Shown: positions 34,180 through 41,773 of the stretch, piece after piece
Layout of the letters: every line of letters begins with the position of its first letter
Numbering within the stretch: position 1 is the first letter of the stretch
Source of the DNA: an uncultured Clostridia bacterium
GTDB taxonomy: Bacteria > Bacillota > Clostridia > Christensenellales > CAG-917
NCBI GenBank assembly: GCA_947629635.1
Contig: CANREO010000002.1
Span: 1 to 44,151, forward strand
DNA length: 44,151 nt
Direction: 5' to 3'
Made by a program: the position numbers and the translations under genes
Notes under the pieces: model-generated
Told to the model about the DNA's origin: nothing
Seen by the model: only the letters and a program-made list of their open reading frames with translations
The model's database searches: none

Positions 34180-35217
34180 TTACCATTTATTATGCACCTT
34201 TTCCGCAAAACCGAGGACATTTTCAATCTCGATTTCCTTGCCGTCGTCCAATATACATTTGCCGCTGAAATATCCGAAGACCTGATGTGGGATCATACAC
34301 AAAATTTTGAGGTCTATAGGCTCATATCTGTCTATTATCGGTCTAAATATCATATCCAGTCTGCCGTCGTCCGATTTGAAGTGCCAATCTGCCATATATT
34401 CGGGATTTCCTTCTTCATCGCCCGGGATCTCGAACTTCACTCTTCCGATCTTGTGCGCTTTCCCCTCATAAAACAGCATATCTTCGCTCGCCGCCGAGGT
34501 GTTGCCGAATCCGTAGCCCAAATTCCACCCGAATTTGCTTCCGTCTGTAAGACGCGCGTTAAGGCTGCTCCAATACCAAGTGTTGTCGTACGTCCAGACG
34601 CCTCGACCCCAATCCAAAGTGGCAAAACTGTTTTCGCCATCGAAAACGCACTCCTTGTCTCCCAACTTGAATGCACCGCTTGCCGTCATGCAATTAATCT
34701 TTTGGTTCAGATAGAAATGCCCTTTTTTGTCAAAAGGAGTTGCGATGACCATGCTCTCATCGGGCATATCGGTCAAAGTTATGTCCCAACTTACATCGGT
34801 GCCCAGCTTGTCGGCATTCGGATATATCCCCGTGAGGCGACGGACAGAGCCGTCGCTTTCGAACGTCATCTCGACCTTACCGTTTTTGCAGTGGCAAGTT
34901 CCCTCTTCGCTGCGCACGGGCATGTTAAGTTTTCCCATGGGAAAGAGAAATACTGAACTGTTTGTAAACTGCGACGGCGTAACAAAATCCATCACGGTAA
35001 GACTCATGGCGCCTATATAGCCCATGTCGCTAATAGTCAGGCAAATCGCATACTTTTCATTGCCGACATAATAGTAATCCCACTCCTTTATTCGGCTCTT
35101 TTTTGCCTTGATATCGGCTCGATTATACTCAAACAGCGGCTGCTTGGCATATCCGGGAGCGGCGACATTGCCTTCGCCGTCCAGCAGACGCGTGGGAGAC
35201 GTAATTTGCGTTTGCAT
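34180..35217 (-). CDS. DUF2804-like protein
   Basis: 345 aa. SD GAGGTGA. The segment IKEWDYYYVGNEKYAICLTISDMGYIG and the overall size fit DUF2804 as I recall it. Confidence 0.5.
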   Translation of the reverse strand: MQTQITSPTRLLDGEGNVAAPGYAKQPLFEYNRADIKAKKSRIKEWDYYYVGNEKYAICLTISDMGYIGAMSLTVMDFVTPSQFTNSSVFLFPMGKLNMPVRSEEGTCHCKNGKVEMTFESDGSVRRLTGIYPNADKLGTDVSWDITLTDMPDESMVIATPFDKKGHFYLNQKINCMTASGAFKLGDKECVFDGENSFATLDWGRGVWTYDNTWYWSSLNARLTDGSKFGWNLGYGFGNTSAASEDMLFYEGKAHKIGRVKFEIPGDEEGNPEYMADWHFKSDDGRLDMIFRPIIDRYEPIDLKILCMIPHQVFGYFSGKCILDDGKEIEIENVLGFAEKVHNKW

Positions 35218-35360
35218 GCTTCACCTCGTTTTATTTATGGAATTATTTTACCACACTGTACGTTCGAATACAAGCACTCAATTGACGCGGCGTCCAAATC
35301 GTATGCAACTTTTGTCGGACAAAGGCGTAGCGCTCTACCCACCGCAAAACATTGCATACA

Positions 35361-35390
35361 AAAAGTCGAAAGAGTATCTTTCGACTTTTT
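35361..35390. terminator. Bidirectional terminator
   Basis: AAAAGTCGAAAG-AGTAT-CTTTCGACTTTTT. Confidence 0.75.
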
Positions 35391-35462
35391 CGCTTACCCT
35401 TAAGTTTGATTATAGGCGCTTTGCCGATAGACGTTATTCGTCTGCGCCAAACTTTACGCTTC

Positions 35463-36707
35463 TCAGAGCGTTATCCTCAGAGCAGGCACTATGCCGTTGT
35501 TTTCGTCAACGCAGACGCAGTCGAAATTGCCGTATTTGCCGTTGACGTCTTGCATCAAATAATTCGTTAGGCCTTGGCCGTCGTCCTGAGGCGAACGCAA
35601 CCACCACCATGTGCGAGGGGCAATCCCCTGCGCCATAGCGTAGGCAGTCGCATTACGCTTGCGGGCCGCCTTGTCGGCGAAGTATGCGGGGTTGTTCGCC
35701 TCGGCGTAGCTGAGCAAAAATACCTTGTCGTTTGTGTTTTCGCAAGTGTAGGCGTTGTCGGGATTGTCGGTGCTTGCTGCGCTGTTGTCCACAAGCGACG
35801 TTTTGATGATCGCCTGTTCTGCGCTGTTGAACGCCTCTGCATAGAACGTTTGGATGAGCCACTGCCTTATGTCGCTCTCCTTATAGTTGTTTGCCAAAAC
35901 GGCAGCGCCGTCGAGGTCTCTGGAATTTCGGTCATGGAAGAAGTGTCTGGCGTCAAGTGCCATTGTGCTCACAAGAAACGCCTCGCCGCCGCTCTTTTCA
36001 AGCACCAGCCACTCGATTTCATCGAACTTGAACCAATACAGCGTGTTGACAAAATAGTTGTATTTGTATTGCTGGCTGCGAGTATCGCTCACCCTTGACG
36101 TTATGTCGGGCTTGTTGGAAACAAAGTACACGCCCCTGTACTTTTCACCGCCGTACTCGACGTCCTTATACCACATAAACTCCTCTTGCACGCTTGAAAT
36201 GTAGTAGCCGTAGTCTTTCCAATCGCCCCTGTTGCCTTTTGACGGCAATGCGCCCACCAAGTCGGCAAGTTGCTGAGTGAGGTCGGCGTCCTCAACCGCA
36301 GTTTGCGGATATTTGCCAAAATATATCTTGCCCTCTTCTTCCCTGTACATCTTTTGGGCTTGTTTGAACGTCACGACAATGGTCACGTCGGCGTCGATGA
36401 CGAAAGCGTAGGCATTGTCCACAAGCTCCGCCTTTTTGTCCTCGCCTCCCACGGTAAATGCGTCCACCTCGAAGTCGGCGTTGGGCTGAATGGTTACGGT
36501 GACGCGCGTCCCTTTGGCGTAGGAATTGTTCCCCTCCGACGGCACAAGGGTCACATTCCCCTTTGAGCTGTCAAAAGTCAGCGTGATCTTGCAATTTGAC
36601 GACGGATCTTGAGGCTGTACGATATTGACGCACGCCGTAAGCCCGACGCAAAGCGCAACAAGCGTAAGCACGCATATTGCGACTGTCAAAAATCTTCTTT
36701 TGTTCAT
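35463..36707 (-). CDS. Lipoprotein with an InlB-B-repeat-like N-domain and a DUF6273-like C-domain
   Basis: 414 aa. SD AGGAGG and lipobox LTAC. C-terminal WWWLRSP...NGIVPALRI is typical of DUF6273. Confidence 0.65.
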   Translation of the reverse strand: MNKRRFLTVAICVLTLVALCVGLTACVNIVQPQDPSSNCKITLTFDSSKGNVTLVPSEGNNSYAKGTRVTVTIQPNADFEVDAFTVGGEDKKAELVDNAYAFVIDADVTIVVTFKQAQKMYREEEGKIYFGKYPQTAVEDADLTQQLADLVGALPSKGNRGDWKDYGYYISSVQEEFMWYKDVEYGGEKYRGVYFVSNKPDITSRVSDTRSQQYKYNYFVNTLYWFKFDEIEWLVLEKSGGEAFLVSTMALDARHFFHDRNSRDLDGAAVLANNYKESDIRQWLIQTFYAEAFNSAEQAIIKTSLVDNSAASTDNPDNAYTCENTNDKVFLLSYAEANNPAYFADKAARKRNATAYAMAQGIAPRTWWWLRSPQDDGQGLTNYLMQDVNGKYGNFDCVCVDENNGIVPALRITL

Positions 36708-36830
36708 AATGTCCTCCTGTAAATCTTATGATGTTAGATATTCTAATCTAAATCAGGTTAAAAGTCAATAGTCTGAAATAGACTAATTATAATCTTTATA
36801 TCAAAATATCAAAAATTTACAGGTGCAGAG

Positions 36831-37064
36831 GTGTCCAAAAAAATGTATCCACGTATAAGAGATTTACGCAATGACAAAGACCTGAACCAAACGCAGGTTG
36901 CAAAGATGTTGGGCATGTCGCAAACAGGCTATTCCAAATACGAAACGGGCGAAAACGACATTCCGACGGAAGTCCTCATAAAGCTCGCCGCCTTTTACTC
37001 CACAAGCGTAGACTACCTTTTGGGACTGACGCCGTGCGCCGATCCTTATCCGAAAAATTTATAA
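36831..37064 (+). CDS. XRE-family HTH transcriptional regulator
   Basis: 77 aa from GTG 36831 (or 73 aa from ATG 36843). HTH LNQTQVAKMLGMSQTGYSKYETG. Confidence 0.8.
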   Translation: MSKKMYPRIRDLRNDKDLNQTQVAKMLGMSQTGYSKYETGENDIPTEVLIKLAAFYSTSVDYLLGLTPCADPYPKNL

Positions 37065-37110
37065 ATCGACCGTTTATATACCAAAAACAGAGATTAAAGT
37101 TCCGATTTTA

Positions 37111-38685
37111 TTATTTTCGCGGTACGTATTCAAGTTGCATAAGTTTTTTGCCTATGCCTTTTGATGCTATGTTCACCATTTTCAGACGCGGCGCTACTCG
37201 CCTCGCCACAATAGATCCGACCACGCACCACATAATGTCCGTAGGCAAAAATACGGCGCATCCCGTCAGCCACGCCTTGCCTATGGCAATGGGCGAACGT
37301 ACGTAAAATTTGAGTAGAAGATACATATACATCACACCTGTAGTATAGACGATCGCCAGCGCGATCAGCGCGCCTAACAGCATCCTGAAAAAAGCCGGAC
37401 GTGCGTCATTTTTGAAACCGGACGCAATCACGCCTCCCACAGGTAGCGCGATGACGTATCCCAAAAGATATCCGAAGGTGGGCTGAAGCACATAGCCGAT
37501 CCCTCCGCCAGCAGTAAAAACGGGGATCCCTATAAGCCCCATGATTATGTATAACAGCACTGCAATCAGCGAGTCCCGTGGCCCGAGCAGCAGCATACAC
37601 AATATACAGATGGCGCATTGCATGCTTACGGGCACTATGCCGATAGGAAATTTGATAAAAGCTCCGACAATTATAAGCCCCACAAACACCGCTATCAAAA
37701 CAAGCCGCGATGTACTCCTCATTTTCGTAGCATTCACCACCTTATGGTTACCTCCCCGGCGCCTATAGTTGCCGTCCTCATATCGCACTATAAGGCGACA
37801 ATCGTCGTCTATGCCAACGGCACGCGCCGCCCTTTGACTGTCTCCGTTTATGACGCAGATATCTTTTCCAATGATAAACGACTTCGCTTTGTATCTTTTC
37901 GCTATATCGTCTCTGTCAAAGTCGGTATACATAGCGGCAAGTCTGTTCAGCGTTGCCGCGATGATTTTATTTAGAGCGTCGTCAACCCCGTCGCAAGCGG
38001 CGCATGCAACGTTTTGCAATTCTCCGTATCCGCCGTTCGGCGTCTTTACGTTGACGCCGATGCCAACAACGGCATAGTCTATCTTACCCGATTCCATATC
38101 CGATACGGCCTCGGTAAGTATACCACAGCATTTTTTGCCTTCGACATACACGTCGTTGACCCACTTGATAGATGTAGGCAAGCCGCCTATACTCTCTATG
38201 CCCTCCGCCACCGCGACCGCAGCCATGACGGTAAGCAACGACGCCTGTTCGAAACTCATTTTAGGACGGAAAATGACGCTGAAATATGCGCCGCAACCCT
38301 TAGGAGAAAAAAACTTTCTGTCAAACCTGCCCCTGCCGCCCGTTTGCTCATGCGCGATCACGACGACGCCTTCTCGCGCTCCTTTAGCCGCCGCTTCTTT
38401 GGCGACGATGTTTGTAGACGTCACCTTTTGATACATTTGCAAATCGAAAAATCCTTTTATAAGATACTTCTCTATGCCATGAATGGACAGAGCGTCCGCG
38501 CCTATGGGAAGCCTGTACCCTCTGTTTCGCACCGCCTCGATAGGCATACCTTCTTTTGCAAGAGAGCACGCCGCCTTCCAAACCGCGGTTCGGCTGATGT
38601 TTGCAATGTTTGCCAGTTCCTCGCCGGACACAAATTCACCGCGCTTCGCTTCAAGCGCTTTCAAAACCAAATCCTTTGTCGTCAT
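37111..38685 (-). CDS. birA: Single ORF joining BirA (HTH + biotin-protein ligase) to a BioY biotin-transporter S-component
   Basis: Start ATG 38685 with SD GGGAGG. BirA motif GGRGRFDRKF. BioY-like 6-TM part from MRSTSRLVLIAVF (ATG 37722) to the stop. See the finding: the junction arises from a frame offset near 37767-37787. Confidence 0.75.
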   Translation of the reverse strand: MTTKDLVLKALEAKRGEFVSGEELANIANISRTAVWKAACSLAKEGMPIEAVRNRGYRLPIGADALSIHGIEKYLIKGFFDLQMYQKVTSTNIVAKEAAAKGAREGVVVIAHEQTGGRGRFDRKFFSPKGCGAYFSVIFRPKMSFEQASLLTVMAAVAVAEGIESIGGLPTSIKWVNDVYVEGKKCCGILTEAVSDMESGKIDYAVVGIGVNVKTPNGGYGELQNVACAACDGVDDALNKIIAATLNRLAAMYTDFDRDDIAKRYKAKSFIIGKDICVINGDSQRAARAVGIDDDCRLIVRYEDGNYRRRGGNHKVVNATKMRSTSRLVLIAVFVGLIIVGAFIKFPIGIVPVSMQCAICILCMLLLGPRDSLIAVLLYIIMGLIGIPVFTAGGGIGYVLQPTFGYLLGYVIALPVGGVIASGFKNDARPAFFRMLLGALIALAIVYTTGVMYMYLLLKFYVRSPIAIGKAWLTGCAVFLPTDIMWCVVGSIVARRVAPRLKMVNIASKGIGKKLMQLEYVPRK

Positions 38686-38702
38686 ACCGCCTCCCACGCA
38701 GC

Positions 38703-38731
38703 AGTATACATTATCGATCCAATTAATGTCA
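38703..38731 (-). promoter_or_regulatory. birA promoter
   Basis: On the minus strand: TTGACA, 17 nt, TATACT (preceded by TG). The -35 lies inside the operator half-site. Confidence 0.65.
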
Positions 38732-38755
38732 ACCACAAAATATAAATCGGTTGAC
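38726..38755. promoter_or_regulatory. BirA operator (bioO)
   Basis: Perfect inverted repeat TGTCAACC-N14-GGTTGACA, matching the Firmicutes BirA box TGTnAACC-N14-GGTTnACA. Confidence 0.8.
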
Positions 38756-38803
38756 AATTATCTTGTATTTTGCCCTTCCGGACGCAAGACGAGCGCAATT
38801 ATA

Positions 38804-38832
38804 CTTGTACATTCCAAATAAAAGTGATATAC
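38804..38832 (+). promoter_or_regulatory. Promoter of the tmk-holB-ricT operon
   Basis: TTGTAC, 17 nt, TGa-TATACT (extended -10). SD AAGAGGT before ATG 38901. Confidence 0.55.
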
Positions 38833-38900
38833 TAAACAAGCAAATCAGTTTTGTCGACGCTGTTTTCAAAAACCGCGCTCGATGATGTAAGAGGTAACAT

Positions 38901-39509
38901 ATGTTTGTCACGTTCGAGGGTTGCGAAGGAGTCGGGAAATCCACGCAGTTGAGATTGCTCAAAGAGTATCTTGAAAAGACAGGGCAAGAGGCCCTGTATA
39001 TTCGCGAACCCGGCAGCACCTCAATATCGGAGCAGATAAGGCAAGTCATACTCGACCCAAACAACTCCGAAATGCGCGACGCGACCGAAGCGCTTCTGTA
39101 TGCGGCAAGCCGCGCTCAGCTTGTACGCGAGGTGATAAAACCGGCGCTCGCCGAAGGAAAACTTGTCATTTGCGACAGATTTGTGGACAGTTCCGTGGCA
39201 TATCAAGGTTATGGCAGGGGCATGGGCGCAGACGCCGTGTGGGAAATAAACAAAATCGCTTTGGACGGCGTCCTTCCCGACCTCACGATTTTTATAGATC
39301 TGCCTCCCGACAAATCCTTCCGCGGCACAAGGATGGACGACAGGCTCGAAAGGGAATCAAACGAGTTTTTTGCAAAAGTATATAAGGGCTTTTTGGCGCA
39401 AATTGACATTTCAAGCGATCGTTTTGTGCGCATAATCCCTCAAATTGACAAATTTGCCACATCGCAAAGCATCATCGAAGCGATGCGAAAAAGGGGTGCC
39501 ATAAAATGA
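38901..39509 (+). CDS. tmk: Thymidylate kinase
   Basis: 202 aa with P-loop FEGCEGVGKSTQ and the DRF/DSS motif region. Confidence 0.9.
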   Translation: MFVTFEGCEGVGKSTQLRLLKEYLEKTGQEALYIREPGSTSISEQIRQVILDPNNSEMRDATEALLYAASRAQLVREVIKPALAEGKLVICDRFVDSSVAYQGYGRGMGADAVWEINKIALDGVLPDLTIFIDLPPDKSFRGTRMDDRLERESNEFFAKVYKGFLAQIDISSDRFVRIIPQIDKFATSQSIIEAMRKRGAIK

Positions 39510-40480
39510 GCGCGCCTTTGTTTTCATCCGCAATACTCAAAAGCCGCGCCTTCGGAATTATGGAGCGCGACCTGTCGGAGGGCTTGGGACATGCGTATAT
39601 GATAATCTCCCCCGACGATGATGTTGTCGACGAAATTTTTACGCTTGCGGCAATGAAAGCGTATTGCAAAAACGGCGGAACGGACGACTGTGCGGAATGC
39701 CGCCGTATCCTTCACGGCAATCATCCCGACATCGTTCATATATATCCCGACGCAAAGGGCAAAATAAAAGTCGAAGACATCAAAGAGCTGATAGACAAAA
39801 TAGATTATAAATCGTTTTCCGGGCGCAAACTTTATTTCATCCATCGCGCCGATTTGATGAACGTTCAGGCTCAAAATAAAATGCTCAAGACTTTTGAAGA
39901 GCCGCCTGCCGACGCAACCGTATTTTTGGGCGTCGCAAACGAAGCCGGCATACTTGAAACCATAAAATCGCGCGCTCGCAAAATTTATATAGATTCCTTC
40001 GATTTTGCCACCGTGCGTGATGCAATGATGTCTATAGGCATCGACGAGCAAACGAGCGCAATCGCCGCCGAATGCTCGGAGGGCATGCTCGGCAAGGCGC
40101 GCAAGATCGCCGCGTCACCGCAATACATCGAACTTTACGACGTCGTGTTGGATATGCTCGAGCACCTACAGCGAAGCGGCAATGTTGCAGAACTTGACGG
40201 CAAAGCGGCACAAAAAGACTTGACACAGTTTTTCGACGTCCTGTCAATAATAATCAGAGACATGATCTTGGCAAAAAGCGACGAGAGCGCAGTGCTTTCC
40301 AAACATGTCGCGAACAGAATATCCGTTCTCGGCGAAACATACTCCGAGCGTGCGCTTGCGGCTATCCTCATGCGCATAAACGAGGAGCGCAAAAAACTTG
40401 CTCTGAACGTCGGCAAAATAGCAACAATAGACGATTTGCTCTTCTATATTTTGGAGGTAAGACATAAATGGCAATCATAG
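39506..40480 (+). CDS. holB: DNA polymerase III delta' subunit
   Basis: 324 aa. Cys cluster C-x8-C-x2-C and NKMLKTFEEPP. It overlaps tmk by 4 nt. Confidence 0.8.
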   Translation: MSAPLFSSAILKSRAFGIMERDLSEGLGHAYMIISPDDDVVDEIFTLAAMKAYCKNGGTDDCAECRRILHGNHPDIVHIYPDAKGKIKVEDIKELIDKIDYKSFSGRKLYFIHRADLMNVQAQNKMLKTFEEPPADATVFLGVANEAGILETIKSRARKIYIDSFDFATVRDAMMSIGIDEQTSAIAAECSEGMLGKARKIAASPQYIELYDVVLDMLEHLQRSGNVAELDGKAAQKDLTQFFDVLSIIIRDMILAKSDESAVLSKHVANRISVLGETYSERALAAILMRINEERKKLALNVGKIATIDDLLFYILEVRHKWQS

Positions 40481-41325
40481 TTGGCATAAAATTTAAAAAG
40501 GCAAACAAGGTATATTATTTCGACCCTGTCGGTATAAATTTCGATGTAGGAGACGGCGCATTAGTCGAAACTCAGCGCGGTCTCGAGTACGCATACGTAT
40601 GCGTCGCAAACAAGGACGTGCCTGAAAGCGAGATAGTTCAGCCGCTCAAGCCCGTTGTGCGCAAAGCCACCGAAGACGACGCAAAACGCCTTGCAAAAAA
40701 CGAAGAGGACGGCGCGCACGCCCTAGAGATAATCCGCGAAAAAGTCAAGGAAATGGGCATCGAGATGAAGCTTGTCGACGCCGAATACACTTTTGACCGC
40801 TCAAAACTCATCTTCTACTTCACGGCGGATGGGAGAGTGGATTTCAGGGAGCTTGTGCGCGTGCTGGCGTCTATTTTCAAAATAAGGATAGAACTTCGAC
40901 AAATATACGAGAGGGACGACGCGAAGATGCGAGGCGCTCTTGCTCCGTGCGGCAGGCCGTGTTGTTGCGCCGTTCACCTGCCGGACTTCACCAAAGTATC
41001 CATAAAAATGGCAAAAGTTCAAGGTCTCTCCCTCAATCCGCAAAAGATAAACGGCGTTTGCGGCAGGCTGATGTGTTGCCTGAACTATGAAAACGCGTAT
41101 TACAGCGAAGTGTATAAACTCATGCCAAAAGTGGGCAGCAAAGTGAGCACTCCCGACGGCGAAGGCACTGTGGAATCAAACGACTTGATCAAGCAGACCG
41201 CGCGCGTCAAAGTTATGCTTAAAGACGGAAGCTTGGACATAAAGACATACAAACTCGACGAAATGCGCATAGGCGAAAGACAATCCACTGCGGAAATAGA
41301 TGCTTTGCCCGACTCCGAAGAATGA
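40468..41325 (+). CDS. ricT: PSP1-domain protein RicT/YaaT
   Basis: 285 aa. Cys-rich CGRPCCC and CGRLMCCLNYE. Conserved position after holB. Confidence 0.85.
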   Translation: MAIIVGIKFKKANKVYYFDPVGINFDVGDGALVETQRGLEYAYVCVANKDVPESEIVQPLKPVVRKATEDDAKRLAKNEEDGAHALEIIREKVKEMGIEMKLVDAEYTFDRSKLIFYFTADGRVDFRELVRVLASIFKIRIELRQIYERDDAKMRGALAPCGRPCCCAVHLPDFTKVSIKMAKVQGLSLNPQKINGVCGRLMCCLNYENAYYSEVYKLMPKVGSKVSTPDGEGTVESNDLIKQTARVKVMLKDGSLDIKTYKLDEMRIGERQSTAEIDALPDSEE

Positions 41326-41460
41326 ATATCCTGTATTTGGAAAAAGCAACGTTACAAAACAAGAACCGCCTGCCTTTTACGATAAAAAATAAAATTTGTA
41401 CTGTACAAATCAAAGTGTCCGTGATAAAATGAATTAAACACTAAAAAGGAGAGAAAACCT

Positions 41461-41631
41461 ATGCCCAGATTCATCAACGACGAATGCATTATGTGCGGCG
41501 CATGTGCAGACACCTGCCCCGTCGGTGCAATCGCAGAAGGAGACAGCAAATATGCAGTTGATCCGCAACAGTGCATCGACTGTGGCGCATGCCAGGACGG
41601 ATGCCCCGTCGGCGCAATTTCAGAGGAATAA
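41461..41631 (+). CDS. 2x[4Fe-4S] clostridial-type ferredoxin (56 aa, below the ORF-track cutoff)
   Basis: My own translation gives MPRFINDECIMCGACADTCPVGAIAEGDSKYAVDPQQCIDCGACQDGCPVGAISEE. Two CxxCxxCxxxCP motifs, SD AAGGAGAG, and a terminator after the stop. Confidence 0.9.
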   Translation: MPRFINDECIMCGACADTCPVGAIAEGDSKYAVDPQQCIDCGACQDGCPVGAISEE

Positions 41632-41646
41632 TTTCCGACTAAGCTT

Positions 41647-41670
41647 AAAGGGCGCGACAGCGCCCTTTTT
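41647..41670 (+). terminator. Ferredoxin terminator
   Basis: GGGCGC-GACA-GCGCCC followed by TTTTT. Confidence 0.8.
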
Positions 41671-41700
41671 GTTTAAGTTTCTACAAATAATCATACAAAT

Positions 41701-41728
41701 AAAAGCGAGGCAAAATGCCTCGCTTTTT
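41701..41728. terminator. Terminator downstream of gyrA (bidirectional shape)
   Basis: AAAA-GCGAGGC-AAAAT-GCCTCGC-TTTTT. Confidence 0.75.
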
Positions 41729-41773
41729 GCTTGTATTTGTGGTTTATGTGTGCATTTTGCACATGTAAAATGT

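Noticed and set aside
36734-36793. Two short inverted repeats upstream of the XRE regulator as operators: TTAGAT-N6-ATCTAA and TAGTCT-N5-AGACTA.
   Set aside because: The arms are only 6 bp and lie in AT-rich DNA, so chance occurrence is likely. Nothing else here points to a toxin-antitoxin or phage-type switch.
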